The notes under the pieces were generated by a model that was not told the origin of the DNA, did not search any database, and saw nothing but the letters and a program-made list of their open reading frames with translations. From the NCBI GenBank assembly GCA_903899985.1, contig CAIULL010000126.1:170-64169 (forward strand): a DNA stretch of 64,000 nt. The letters run 5' to 3'. Position 1 is the stretch's first letter. Every line of letters starts with the position of its first letter. This DNA is from an uncultured Schlesneria sp. (lineage in GTDB: Bacteria > Planctomycetota > Planctomycetia > Planctomycetales > Planctomycetaceae). Shown here in pieces: positions 1 through 9,941 of this stretch. The translations under genes and the position numbers were made by a program.

Positions 1-770
1 CTGACAACGGCAACCACTTCTGCTGCGGTGCCCGTCAGAAACATTTCGTCAGCCACGTAAAGATCGTGACGCGTCATCGACGTCTCGAGGACTTCATAGC
101 CCCCTTCGACCGCCAGTTGCATCACGGCGTTTCGCGTGATCCCTTCCAGGATTCCGGCATCAAGACCCGGTGTCATCAGCACGCGATTCTTCACGATGAA
201 GATGTTGTCACCGGTACATTCTGCGACTTCCCCTTTATGGTTCAGCATCAAGGCCTCAACCATGCCGGCGTCGGTACCTTCAATCCTTGCGAGAATGTTA
301 TTCAAGTAGTTCAGCGACTTGATCCGAGAGCTGAGTGCACCTGGATGGTTCCGAATCGTACTGGCGGTGACGAGATTCATTCCCTTGGTGTACGTTTCGG
401 GGGGATACAGCGAAATCGTATCCGCGATCACGATCACTTGCGGATTACTGGTCTTACGAATATCCAGGCCGAGACTGCCCGCGCCGCGGGTCACGACGAG
501 TCGAACATATCCATCGCTGATGTTGTTGGCTTTGACTGTCTTCTCGACGGCGGCAATCACTTCGGCAGGTGACATGGGGATCACCAGGCGAATCGCCTTG
601 GCACTCTCGAACAACCGGTCGATGTGCTGTTGGTGCAGGAAGACTCGTCCGCCATAGACGCGAATCCCCTCAAAAACGCCGTCGCCATAGAGCAGGCCAT
701 GATCAAACACGCTGATCTTGGCATCGGCTTCATCAACCAGTTTGTCACCGAGAAAAATTTTGAGGGCCAT
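1..770 (-). CDS. ilvE: Branched-chain amino acid aminotransferase (class IV PLP enzyme), 3' end runs off the window
   Basis: Manual translation from ATG at 770: MALKIFLGDKLVDEADAKISVFDHGLLYGDGVFEGIRVYGG...DLYVADEMFLTGTAAEVVAV. Absent from the ORF track because the stop lies outside the window. Confidence 0.92.
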   Translation of the reverse strand, partial: MALKIFLGDKLVDEADAKISVFDHGLLYGDGVFEGIRVYGGRVFLHQQHIDRLFESAKAIRLVIPMSPAEVIAAVEKTVKANNISDGYVRLVVTRGAGSLGLDIRKTSNPQVIVIADTISLYPPETYTKGMNLVTASTIRNHPGALSSRIKSLNYLNNILARIEGTDAGMVEALMLNHKGEVAECTGDNIFIVKNRVLMTPGLDAGILEGITRNAVMQLAVEGGYEVLETSMTRHDLYVADEMFLTGTAAEVVAVV

Positions 771-787
771 CAGAGGCAGTTCCTGTA

Positions 788-823
788 AAAGAAGCCCGGC
801 CTTTTGATAAGGCGGGCTTCTTT
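788..823. terminator. Intrinsic terminator-like hairpin between lolD and ilvE
   Basis: AAAGAAGCCCG(G)CCTT-loop-AAGGCGGGCTTCTTT inverted repeat, 40 bp downstream of the lolD stop, with an A-run giving a U-tail on the minus strand. Confidence 0.6.
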
Positions 824-863
824 CAAATGTCGTACGGGTCAACCCAATCAGAAAGAAACACGG

Positions 864-1628
864 TCATGCGGCATCGGTCAAGGTCTCGATTCGTCCTTCA
901 CACAGTCTGACTGTGCGATGCGCTTCCGCAGCAATGGACTTATCGTGAGTCACCATGATGATAGTCAGCTGCTCTCTCTCATTCAATCGGGCCATCAGGT
1001 CAATGATCTCCCGACCCGTTTTTGCATCCAGATTACCCGTCGGTTCATCTGCCAGCAGGATCTCGGGCTGAGCCACCAATGCCCGTGCAATCGCTGCCCG
1101 CTGCATCTCGCCGCCAGACAGTTCCGAGGGCTTGTGAGTCAATCGATGTCCCAAACCAACTCGGTCGATCATCGCTTTCGCCCGATCCTGAAATTCACGT
1201 CGTCGGGTCCAATAGTTCCAGATCGAATGTCGGATCATCAGCGGGGTTAACACGTTTTCCATCAGGCTCAGTTCCGGCAACAGATGATAGAACTGAAACA
1301 CGAACCCGAAGACTCGATTGCGCAGCTCATCTCGAGTCCGCACCGGAAGGTCATCAATCCGCTGCCCTTCGAGCTGAACTTCACCGACGTCGGGGGTGTC
1401 GAGCAGCCCGATCAAATGCATCAGCGTGCTTTTCCCTGAACCCGACTGACCGATGATCGAGAGAAACTCAGCCTTCCGAACGGAGATATCGACTCCATGC
1501 AGAACGGGAACGCTGTGCTCACCCTTGCGGTAGGCCTTTTGAACAGCCAGCGCGGCCACATGCGGTACGGGCATGGCGATGGACTCGCGTAAAAGTGGGT
1601 TATCCGAGGTCATGATCGTGGTGGACAT
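864..1628 (-). CDS. lolD: Lipoprotein-releasing ABC transporter ATP-binding protein
   Basis: Walker A GQSGSGKST, signature LSGGEMQR, Walker B LLADEPTGNLD; downstream of a LolC/E-type permease. Confidence 0.85.
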   Translation of the reverse strand: MSTTIMTSDNPLLRESIAMPVPHVAALAVQKAYRKGEHSVPVLHGVDISVRKAEFLSIIGQSGSGKSTLMHLIGLLDTPDVGEVQLEGQRIDDLPVRTRDELRNRVFGFVFQFYHLLPELSLMENVLTPLMIRHSIWNYWTRRREFQDRAKAMIDRVGLGHRLTHKPSELSGGEMQRAAIARALVAQPEILLADEPTGNLDAKTGREIIDLMARLNEREQLTIIMVTHDKSIAAEAHRTVRLCEGRIETLTDAA

Positions 1629-1700
1629 GGCTTCCGTTCCATGAAAATAAAACTGAAGGAAGACGAATTCCAGGTTAAGTACAAGTTATTGATAATGTGC

Positions 1701-1800
1701 CACTGCTTGACCGTCCCCGGTCAAGCAGTGCTCTTCAAATCACTTCTCACTACGCTAATTCCGAAAGCCACTGCTTCTCCGAAGACTCCGAAGCAGTGGC
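1701..1800. repeat. Pair of REP-like hairpins (GCCACTGCT...AGCAGTGGC family)
   Basis: CACTGCTTGACC-GTCCCC-GGTCAAGCAGTG (1701-1730) and GCCACTGCTTC-N12-GAAGCAGTGGC (1767-1800) in the lolC/E-lolD spacer. Confidence 0.7.
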
Positions 1801-1816
1801 ACAAAACTGACATCAA

Positions 1817-3349
1817 TCATTCATATCTCAAAGCTTGAACGGGTCGCAGGTGAGCCGCTCGGCGAGCCGGAAGGACACTGGCCAGCACAGCAATCATCAC
1901 AGCACCGAATGCCACCCAGCAAACAGTGAAGGGATCAACATGAGTCGGGATGTCTTTGAAGTAGTAAATCTTCTCGGGAAACACTTCACGACCGGTTGCG
2001 AAGGTAATGAATTTCTCGATCTGATTAATGTAATAGACAAATAACAAGCCGACTCCGACCCCCGCTCCTGCACCAACCATCCCCAGCAGCAAGCCGTACG
2101 TCAGGAAAATTGACATCACTCCCGACGAACTGGCTCCCAGCGCTTTCAGGATGCCGATGTCACGAGTCTTCTCTACCACGATCATGAAGAAAATTGCGAG
2201 AATCCCGAACCCTGCCACCGTGATAATCAGAAACAGCAGGATGTTGAGAATCGACGATTCAACATCGACAGCCGCCAATAATGGACCCTGTCGCTGTTCC
2301 CAGGTGTTGACGTTGAAGTTCTCGGCACTGAAGTTGGCTCGCAGTATTTCAATGACTTTCGGAGCGTCTTTGTAATCCTTCAGCTTGATCTGCAGCGACG
2401 TAAAGGCGCGAGTTTCCGTGCCGTCTTCGTTGTGCCGGATCATCCCCCGAACTTCCTGAAGCTGTTCAAGGTTGCAATAAACCAGATTCGAATCGTATTC
2501 GCTCATTCCCGTCTTGAATGTATCGACCACCGTCGCCACAAAATACTTCGGCGCCGGGGTCCCTGCCGAATACGTCGTGATCCGAACATCATCCCCCGGC
2601 CGGATCATATTGTAGGTCTTTGATTCCTTCGTCTCGGGATCGACCGACAGGTACGTTGCCAGGCCAACTCCGACATACAGCCGACCCTTTTGCAATTGTC
2701 CGGGTGCTTCGTCGCTTTCGGCAGCCGCCCCGTCTTCACCGGACGTCTCGGCAAACGGATCGCTGGAATTCCCTTCTTCTTTCTCTCGCTGGGCGCGCAT
2801 CTGATGCCGCAGTTTTTCCGTCTGCCGATAGTATTCGGCCTTCTCCTGGCGTCGAGCCATCGCGGCAGGAGTCAATTCCCAGCCAAGCGGCTCTGTTCGA
2901 GACCGTTCTGCAGGGACTTCACGACCATTCTCGATCTGGCTGTGGTAGCTCTGCAGATAGTCGATCAGCGGGCCCACTTCCGCTTTGCTCTCAGGCACAA
3001 TGGCAACCAGGTTCACCGGATGAGGAACATAATCGCCCAGCGACTTGTAACTGAGAATCGCATGGACTTCGACGGTCGCCGTCACGCCGGAAATGTACTT
3101 GCCGACCAGTTCCCGAATCCGCTGCATGTGCCCTTCAGGGTCGAATTCGCCATTCATGCTGCGAGTTTCGACGATGATGTCGGACAGAATCCCCTGGATC
3201 CGGGCCCGCATCTCGCTGCCGAACCCCGCCATCACGGAATTGACGACGATCATCGTCGCCACACCCAGCGTTACACTGATGATGCTTGCCAAAGCGATAT
3301 AACGAGTCCGCAGATATCGTTGGCATAGAAGCATTTTGTACATGGCCAA
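1817..3349 (-). CDS. LolC/LolE-family (FtsX/MacB-like) ABC permease
   Basis: N-terminal TM (SIISVTLGVATMIVVNSVMAGF), large periplasmic domain, C-terminal VVEKTRDIGILKALGA, IYYFKDIP and LASVLPARRAAHLRPVQALRYE. Confidence 0.88.
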   Translation of the reverse strand: MAMYKMLLCQRYLRTRYIALASIISVTLGVATMIVVNSVMAGFGSEMRARIQGILSDIIVETRSMNGEFDPEGHMQRIRELVGKYISGVTATVEVHAILSYKSLGDYVPHPVNLVAIVPESKAEVGPLIDYLQSYHSQIENGREVPAERSRTEPLGWELTPAAMARRQEKAEYYRQTEKLRHQMRAQREKEEGNSSDPFAETSGEDGAAAESDEAPGQLQKGRLYVGVGLATYLSVDPETKESKTYNMIRPGDDVRITTYSAGTPAPKYFVATVVDTFKTGMSEYDSNLVYCNLEQLQEVRGMIRHNEDGTETRAFTSLQIKLKDYKDAPKVIEILRANFSAENFNVNTWEQRQGPLLAAVDVESSILNILLFLIITVAGFGILAIFFMIVVEKTRDIGILKALGASSSGVMSIFLTYGLLLGMVGAGAGVGVGLLFVYYINQIEKFITFATGREVFPEKIYYFKDIPTHVDPFTVCWVAFGAVMIAVLASVLPARRAAHLRPVQALRYE

Positions 3350-3368
3350 TCCTTTGGCAAAAACTCGG

Positions 3369-4826
3369 TTAGTGTTCTGGCTTCAGCAGCGGGAAGAAAA
3401 TGACGTCCCGAATACTGTTGGTATTCGTCAGCAGCATGATCAGTCGATCAATCCCGATCCCCATCCCGCCCGCAGGAGGCATCCCAACCTTCAGCGCACG
3501 GACGAAGTCGTGATCCATCTTGGCCATCGAATCCTCTTCGGGCAGACCGGCAAGCTGCGTTCGGAACAGCTCTTCCTGCAAACGAGGATCGTTCAGTTCG
3601 GTGTAAGCGTTGGCGACTTCCATTCCATCGACAAACATCTCAAACCGTTCCGCAATCGCCGGCTCATTCCGCTTCCGCTTTGTCAGCGGACACATCGAGG
3701 CGGGATAGTCAATCACAAATACCGGTCCGATCAGCTTGTCTTCCACAGTCGCTTCAAACACGTCGTTGACGATCACGTCGGGATGCCGGTCGGCAGTGGC
3801 AATGTGCAGCTTCTTCGCCACCGCCGCCACCGCTTCCACGTCGTGCATGTCGCAACCAGCGTGCTCGCGAAACAGATCGCCATATTTGGCTCGCTGGAAC
3901 GGAGGCGTAAAGTTGATCGTCTTTTCGCCCCACGGCACGATCGCCGTCCCATTCGCCGAAATCGCTGCCTGCGAAATCAGTTTCTCGGCCAGATCCATCA
4001 TCGAGTTATAATCACCATAGGCCTGGTACAACTCGATCATCGTGAATTCGGGATTATGAGTGCTATCCACCCCTTCATTCCGAAAGACGCGACCGATTTC
4101 GTAGACCCGCTCGATGCCGCCGACCATCAGTCGCTTCAAATGCAGCTCGAGCGCAATCCGCAGAAAGAGCGGAATATCGAGTGCGTTATGATGTGTCACA
4201 AACGGACGAGCCGCCGCACCGCCAGCAATCGCGTGCAGGACGGGCGTTTCGACTTCGAAAAAGTTTTCGCCGCGCAAGGTGCTTCGGATCGAATCGATGA
4301 TCCGCAGCCGCTTGAACATCCGATCCAGCACCCCTTCGGTGTAGATCAGATCGGTGTATCGCTGACGCAACAGTTGTTCTTTATCCTGCAAGCCGTGAAA
4401 CTTTTCCGGCGGTTGAGCCAGCGACTTACAGAGAATCACCAGTTGAGTTACGAAAATCGTCTTTTCGCCGGTATTGGTCACCCGCAAACGACCTTCGACT
4501 CCGATCAGGTCCCCCAGATCGAGACATTCCAGCAAGGCCCACGTCTCAGGGGTCGAATCCTTCTGAGACAGCATCAACTGGATGCTGCCGGAGTAGTCCT
4601 TAATATGGACAAAGTTCAGTTTGCCGGTTTTCGGCCACTTCATGATCCGGCCGGCAACCCGCACAGTCGCTCCGTCGGTTCCTGCTTCGGTCGGGCACTG
4701 CTGACGAGCCGCATCAATAGCGATATGGTCGTCAAAGCGTTGTCCCCACGGATCGAGCCCCAGCGCTTCGATTTTCGCGAGCTTTTCCAGTCGAACAGCT
4801 TCCAAACGATCAGGCGTCTCGGACAT
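3369..4826 (-). CDS. lysS: Lysyl-tRNA synthetase, class II
   Basis: OB-fold N-terminus, [52 protein letters not shown]. Confidence 0.97.
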   Translation of the reverse strand: MSETPDRLEAVRLEKLAKIEALGLDPWGQRFDDHIAIDAARQQCPTEAGTDGATVRVAGRIMKWPKTGKLNFVHIKDYSGSIQLMLSQKDSTPETWALLECLDLGDLIGVEGRLRVTNTGEKTIFVTQLVILCKSLAQPPEKFHGLQDKEQLLRQRYTDLIYTEGVLDRMFKRLRIIDSIRSTLRGENFFEVETPVLHAIAGGAAARPFVTHHNALDIPLFLRIALELHLKRLMVGGIERVYEIGRVFRNEGVDSTHNPEFTMIELYQAYGDYNSMMDLAEKLISQAAISANGTAIVPWGEKTINFTPPFQRAKYGDLFREHAGCDMHDVEAVAAVAKKLHIATADRHPDVIVNDVFEATVEDKLIGPVFVIDYPASMCPLTKRKRNEPAIAERFEMFVDGMEVANAYTELNDPRLQEELFRTQLAGLPEEDSMAKMDHDFVRALKVGMPPAGGMGIGIDRLIMLLTNTNSIRDVIFFPLLKPEH

Positions 4827-5401
4827 CGAGCAAACTTCTAGCTGAAAAATGAGAAACGGCGGGGTCTAGGGAGGGCAGAACTATGCGGGAATCGGCAAAA
4901 AACGTCAATGGCAGCTCAGAACACTCGGCATAAACTTGCCCCATCCACCCATTTCACCGCCTCGAACAGGAGCCAATCTCCAATATATTCCCCGACTCTA
5001 ACAGATCACAGACACAAAAAAAGCAGCACCACAAATACTGAGTTGATGCCGCAACCAAAGGCGCAGGGGAATCGGTGTCCAGTTCGGTCACTTCGGGTGT
5101 CGTTTTCCCGGCCTCGGCCTTATGTCGGAAACAAAAACACACGGTTTTTGCCCGGGACTCCCGCCCGTCAGGCAGACACGACCGGACATCGTGAGGTTCA
5201 ATCCAATCCGCGCTGAAGGGCAAAGCCGTGACAAATTAAAAAACGTGCGGAGACGAGAGGCCGCTGCATCGGCGCAACCAGCGGTAGCGGAACCGGATCT
5301 TCGAGCAAGTGTTTTCGTTCTTGTGTCATCAAGGAAAACATTTTCCGACAGTGAGCATTCGGGGAGTTCTTAAAAACAATGTTTGATACGACGAAAAAGT
5401 C

Positions 5402-5881
5402 TTAAATCCATCGCCGAACCTTCGCCCGATAGTCGTTGTACGCCTGACCGAATTTGGCGTGCATGACTCGTTCTTCCGGTATGATCTGGAAGCGGTTGAT
5501 GAAGAGTACGAAGCTGAGCGGCCCGATCAATGCCCACGGCGCTGCCAGGCAAAGGGCCCAACCGATGAGTACGACGGTAAACCCCACATACATGGGATTT
5601 CGGCTGTAACGAAAAATGCCGTCGGTGACGAGTGCCGAAGCCTGTTCAATGTCCACAGGATTGATCGTTGTCTGATGCCGCCAGAACGTTCTGGCTCCAC
5701 GCACCACGATCAACGCTCCGAGCGCGATTGCGATACCGCCAACGATGAATCGCACATTGTTGGCGATCTGGAAGGCAGGAGGTGTAAACCAGGCAATCGC
5801 TAACATGGCTAAACCGACCAGTAGCACCAACAGGGGTGGTGGAATCCTGTTATCAAGTGGGTGTCTTCGTTCGTTTTTCAT
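5402..5881 (-). CDS. Isoprenylcysteine carboxyl methyltransferase / PEMT-family membrane protein
   Basis: TM helices, LVTDGIFRYSRNPMYVG, PEERVMHAKFGQAYNDYRAKVRRWI. Start set at ATG 5881, overlapping the upstream TGA (ATGA). Confidence 0.85.
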   Translation of the reverse strand: MKNERRHPLDNRIPPPLLVLLVGLAMLAIAWFTPPAFQIANNVRFIVGGIAIALGALIVVRGARTFWRHQTTINPVDIEQASALVTDGIFRYSRNPMYVGFTVVLIGWALCLAAPWALIGPLSFVLFINRFQIIPEERVMHAKFGQAYNDYRAKVRRWI

Positions 5882-7188
5882 GATGGGAAACACTTTCCAA
5901 AAGCGACTAATAACATCGGCGAACCTTTGATCCGAATTTTGCGACGCAGAAACGCCCACAACAGACTTCGCTCTTTCGCCAGAAAACCGAGCCACGTCTC
6001 GCTGTCGGCGGTCAGTTGAAGGTCTGCTTTTCCCTCGTGGCCATCGGTCACCTGGATTGTCTTGTCCTTGATAACGACCGTGGCGATATGAGGTTCTTTG
6101 CCGGTAAACGTCAGGTGGTAAACGGCATTCAGTCCCGCAGACTGACCCCGTTGAAACGTGTGCGGCATCCCACTGAGAAATCCTTTAATCGTGCGCGGCA
6201 GCAGGCTCCCGCGAACTTGTTTGACTTTCTTGTGAGGGAACCGCTTTTTAACGTGATCCTCGGCGTCGGATTTGGGCACGACGTAGATTGTCTCTTCTTT
6301 ATCCAATAGCGGTTTCAAAATCTCATTCAGAAACTCCTTCCGATCGGCTTTAAACGGCCCGATGACGTCTTCACCGGCAGGACAGACGGAAAGGCAGTAG
6401 GCCGCCTTGTAATTCGGTCCAAAGGCAAGACTCTGCCACGTCGAAACTGTTTCTTGACGAGTGACTTTCTTCCGCAGGTTCAGGCCGTTCTTCGCGTCGG
6501 CCACCCGTTCCACCCAATCGCCGAAGCCTCCCATGAATTCCCGATAATTGTGCGTGTAGCACGAAGCGAGATCGAACTTTCCGTCGGGCGAGATTGCTCC
6601 CACGGGACAAGCGGCCACACACAGTTTGCACGATAAACAGGGGTTGTAATCAATCGGTTTGCCATATTCGGTGACCTCATTACCAATCAGTACCGTCCCC
6701 AGCAAAATAAAGTTGCCGAACTTCGGGTGGATGACGTTGCGATGAATCCCCATCATGCCAAGACCAGCCGCAACGGCCACGGGTTTATGAGAAACGACCC
6801 ACATCTTTTCTGGAAAGCGGTCCGATTCCATCGGAAACCCCATCGGCGGGTTGATCGCTGATACCCCCTGCTGTTCCAACGCGGTGACAACGGCACGGCA
6901 CACGTCGTTAACGTCTTCACCGGTCGAGTGAAATTCCAGGTTGGCCACAGAACGAGCCGGGTTCCGGATCGGCTCACGATTCATCCGGCAGACGATGGCG
7001 AGTAACGCTTTGGTCTTCGGGTAGAATTTCAAAATGTCGGCCCGCTGGTCATCCAGCCCCGGATCTCCAATCGGTACCAACCCGGCATCATCAGCTCCGT
7101 GGTCGATGGCAAACTGCTTGAGCCAACCCGCGTCGAGCTTTTCAGGTTCCATGCGTTCTGGCTTTGTATTCGGTTCTGTCAGTTTCAT
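5878..7188 (-). CDS. QueG/reductive dehalogenase-like Fe-S (probably cobalamin-binding) protein with C-terminal SCP2 sterol-carrier-like domain
   Basis: SHKPVAVAAGLGMMGIHRNVIHPKFGNFILLGTVL, CLSCKLCVAACP, ASC, AAYCLSVCP; C-terminal LNAVYHLTFTG...ADLQLTADSETWL...RKIRIKGSPMLL. Confidence 0.8.
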   Translation of the reverse strand: MKLTEPNTKPERMEPEKLDAGWLKQFAIDHGADDAGLVPIGDPGLDDQRADILKFYPKTKALLAIVCRMNREPIRNPARSVANLEFHSTGEDVNDVCRAVVTALEQQGVSAINPPMGFPMESDRFPEKMWVVSHKPVAVAAGLGMMGIHRNVIHPKFGNFILLGTVLIGNEVTEYGKPIDYNPCLSCKLCVAACPVGAISPDGKFDLASCYTHNYREFMGGFGDWVERVADAKNGLNLRKKVTRQETVSTWQSLAFGPNYKAAYCLSVCPAGEDVIGPFKADRKEFLNEILKPLLDKEETIYVVPKSDAEDHVKKRFPHKKVKQVRGSLLPRTIKGFLSGMPHTFQRGQSAGLNAVYHLTFTGKEPHIATVVIKDKTIQVTDGHEGKADLQLTADSETWLGFLAKERSLLWAFLRRKIRIKGSPMLLVAFGKCFPS

Positions 7189-7202
7189 CGCATTCTCTTA
7201 TG

Positions 7203-7214
7203 TTGTATATACAA
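7203..7214. promoter_or_regulatory. Putative MarR operator, copy 1
   Basis: Perfect palindrome TTGTATATACAA 15 bp upstream of the Fe-S/SCP2 start; near-identical copy upstream of marR. Confidence 0.7.
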
Positions 7215-7237
7215 GTATTAGCCCAAAAAAATCGGTG

Positions 7238-7684
7238 TCACGCACGATTCGATTCACTGGCCCTTTTGGCCGCTTTGTTGAGCGACGATACGAAGTCGTC
7301 CCCCAGCAATTCCTTTGCTTCCGCCTGAGCCTTCTCCCAGGCAGGGATCGCTGATTCGATCAGTCGTTTCCCTTCTGCCGTCAGGCGAAACGGACGACTG
7401 CGAGCATCGTCGCCGGGAACTTCCTCCAACCAGCCGTTCTTACGCATCAATTCCACGTTGCGGCTGAGTGTCGAAGCATCGAGTTGCAGATACTGACAAA
7501 TCTGGACGGGGTTGGCGACACCCAGTTTGCCTGTGAAGATGAGTATATTCCCCTGGCTGATCTTCAATCCGAACGGCCGCAGCGCATCATCGTAAATGCT
7601 CGACACAACCCGATTGATCAGTCGCAGCCGACCGGCAATACAGGTCTTGGCAATCGTATCGATGTTGGTGGCAGTCTTGTCCAT
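7238..7684 (-). CDS. MarR-family transcriptional regulator
   Basis: CIAGRLRLINRVVSSIYDDALRPFGLKISQ, LQLDASTLSRNVELMRKNGWL, DDARSRPFRLTAEG; start at ATG 7684 (MDKTA). Confidence 0.9.
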   Translation of the reverse strand: MDKTATNIDTIAKTCIAGRLRLINRVVSSIYDDALRPFGLKISQGNILIFTGKLGVANPVQICQYLQLDASTLSRNVELMRKNGWLEEVPGDDARSRPFRLTAEGKRLIESAIPAWEKAQAEAKELLGDDFVSSLNKAAKRASESNRA

Positions 7685-7714
7685 ACTCGTGCGGCTCCCT
7701 GACCGTCGATTTAT

Positions 7715-7726
7715 TTGTACATACAA
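7715..7726. promoter_or_regulatory. Putative MarR operator, copy 2
   Basis: TTGTACATACAA, one mismatch to copy 1, about 30 bp upstream of the marR start. Confidence 0.7.
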
Positions 7727-7847
7727 CTATCGGCGCCGTCAAGCAAAAACTTCGAGAAATCGGGTGGCGCCTCAGTCCCTTCTCTTGTTCAAGCGAATAA
7801 AAGAGCACCGGGTGGCCGATGACGGTCATCCAGTGGCATCGACATCT

Positions 7848-9125
7848 TTAATTTCGACAAGAAGCAGGGCCGAATTGTTTGCGGATCAGCGATGCGATCT
7901 CGGCGCAGTCTTCTTCCAGTGCGAAGTGACCCGTGTCCAGCAAATGCAAACTGGCATTCGGGACGTCGCGGAGGAAGGCCCTGGCTCCTGCCTCGGTAAA
8001 GAAGGGATCGTTCTTGCCCCAGGCGACGAGTGTCGATGGCTGGTGAGTTCGCAAATAGGTTTGCCACACTGGGTATAGCGGGGGATTTGTTTTGTAGTCG
8101 CGGAACATCGCGAGTTGAATCTCATCATTACCTGGTCGGTCGAGGAAGTATTGATCGTAAATCCAGGACTCAGGAGCGATTTCCTCTGGATGACGAGTCC
8201 CGTGTGTGTATTGCCATTTTGTTGTTTCTGACGTGAGTAAACCTCGCACGGGCTTTTCGGTTTCGGGAGTAGGATTGGACATGTAGGCACTGAGTGGTGC
8301 CAGGTTTTCGCTGAGCCCTTCTACGTAGGCATTGCCGTTCTGAATCACCAGACCTCGAACGCGTTCGGGATGAGCGGTTGCCAGGCGAAAGCCGACCGGA
8401 GCACCGTAGTCCTGCAGATACAAGACGTAATCCTTAAGCCCGACCGCTTCGATCCAGTCGGTCATGACGCGCGCTACGTTGTCGAACGTGTACTCGAATT
8501 CCTTCGTGGAAGGCATGCTGCTTAAGCCGAAGCCTGGGTAATCAGGAGCGAAAATGTGGAACTGATCCTGGAGCGCGGGGATCAAGTCACGGAACATGTG
8601 CGATGACGACGGAAAGCCGTGCAACAGCAACAAGACCGGTGCCCCTTCGGCACCCGCTTCACGGTAGGCGATATTCAAGCCAGACACGGTTATCGATTTG
8701 TTCTTGACGGCGGTCGTTCCGGGGCTGTTCGGACGAACGGTGCGGAAGAATTGAACGGTGTCCGCAAGCATCTCAAAGCGGACCGCTTTACCCTCTTTCA
8801 GCGTCCATGTGTGGATCAACCTCGATTCGAACGCTCGGCCAGTCTGGTGATGCTTCCCTTTGTAAGTTCCATGAACAATCACTTGGTCGCCTGCTTCCGT
8901 AATCCGTTCTGGCGTGACACTCAGATCGGTCCATGTCGCGATGAACGGTCCCAATACATTGGTCAGAATATTTTCCTTACCGTGGAACGTTCCTCCGTCG
9001 TGACCTGGGAACGGTGGCTCGACCCACGTCAAATCTTCGGCGAACACTGCTGTGGCCTGAGGAATATTTCCTTGACGGACTGCAGAGTAAAATCCAGCAA
9101 CAATATCGTGATTGGTACTCATCAT
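7848..9125 (-). CDS. SnoaL/NTF2-like domain fused to alpha/beta hydrolase (epoxide hydrolase/haloalkane dehalogenase class)
   Basis: N-terminal ~130 aa SnoaL-like (FAEDLTWVEP...HTWTLKEGKAVRF); C-terminal LLLHGFPSSSHMF, APDYPGFG, nucleophile YLQDYGAPVG, His in LDTGHFALE. Confidence 0.85.
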   Translation of the reverse strand: MMSTNHDIVAGFYSAVRQGNIPQATAVFAEDLTWVEPPFPGHDGGTFHGKENILTNVLGPFIATWTDLSVTPERITEAGDQVIVHGTYKGKHHQTGRAFESRLIHTWTLKEGKAVRFEMLADTVQFFRTVRPNSPGTTAVKNKSITVSGLNIAYREAGAEGAPVLLLLHGFPSSSHMFRDLIPALQDQFHIFAPDYPGFGLSSMPSTKEFEYTFDNVARVMTDWIEAVGLKDYVLYLQDYGAPVGFRLATAHPERVRGLVIQNGNAYVEGLSENLAPLSAYMSNPTPETEKPVRGLLTSETTKWQYTHGTRHPEEIAPESWIYDQYFLDRPGNDEIQLAMFRDYKTNPPLYPVWQTYLRTHQPSTLVAWGKNDPFFTEAGARAFLRDVPNASLHLLDTGHFALEEDCAEIASLIRKQFGPASCRN

Positions 9126-9210
9126 AATTCTCCTGTGGTTGGTTTCGTGTTTAACAAGCCTGTGCTGGTCACCATCGACATTAATGACGACCTCGTATCT
9201 CGATCGAATT

Positions 9211-9735
9211 TCAGTGTGACGTTGTGTGCCTGCTGCCCAGATGACGTGTGAAATAGGAAATGGCGACCCCCACGAAGAGGGCGTGACCGATGATGCCGTT
9301 CAATACGGCAGGCAGCGTCAACGCGGGTGGTTGTGCCGCAGAATTGGGAACGACATACAGATTCATGAATGCCCAGACCAAGGCTCCAAAAACTAATCCC
9401 GTTACGATCCAGTGATCGCGGAATATTCGGAACCAGTATGCGGCGACCGCGAATACGCCCGCTGCGGCGAAGGCAATCACAAAGTGATAAAACATGCCCA
9501 ATCCGGCGGTTGCCAGTCCACCTTCGAAGGCTTTGGAACCGATCGCTCCGCTGGCGATGAATTGCAGGACCTGAATCGGATTGAATCCATACATCAGGTA
9601 AAAAGCGATGACGCCGTCTGTGGCATCGAGCAAACCCGACGCGATTCCTCCGTAAAGAACGGCCCGGCCGATTTCTTTGAGGTCCGTTCCACTGACTAAT
9701 TGATTTGGTGTACTCGTAAGGGTCGTTGTCGACAT
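9211..9735 (-). CDS. Hypothetical four-helix membrane protein
   Basis: Hydrophobic segments (GGIASGLLD, LQFIASG, HFVIAFAAAGVF, IIGHALFVG); co-oriented within the operon. Confidence 0.75.
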   Translation of the reverse strand: MSTTTLTSTPNQLVSGTDLKEIGRAVLYGGIASGLLDATDGVIAFYLMYGFNPIQVLQFIASGAIGSKAFEGGLATAGLGMFYHFVIAFAAAGVFAVAAYWFRIFRDHWIVTGLVFGALVWAFMNLYVVPNSAAQPPALTLPAVLNGIIGHALFVGVAISYFTRHLGSRHTTSH

Positions 9736-9941
9736 GATTCTTTTCTTTCCATACTTTTTGCGTTTGAGAAGGGGTCCGACGTACCGAACTGGCTCGTCTT
9801 AAAAGACCCCTCTCTTTGAATTGACTGAATCGTCCGTCCTCTGTTTCGTGTGACCACCCGTCGGTTATTGAACTCCGTTGAGTGGTCCTCGTTTTCGTCT
9901 GCCGCGCCGATAACTCGTCACGGCCCTGAACTAAACTTGGG

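Noticed and set aside
66-4841. Long plus-strand ORFs (66-572, 2690-3328, 3336-4841 and others)
   Set aside because: Antisense shadows of ilvE, lolC/E and lysS, with no recognisable motifs. The same applies to most short ORFs overlapping real genes across the window.
4827-5400. 570-bp gap upstream of lysS, examined for a tRNA, T-box, riboswitch or att site
   Set aside because: I found no cloverleaf, T-box motif or direct repeat matching the far end of the accessory region; its short ORFs look non-coding.
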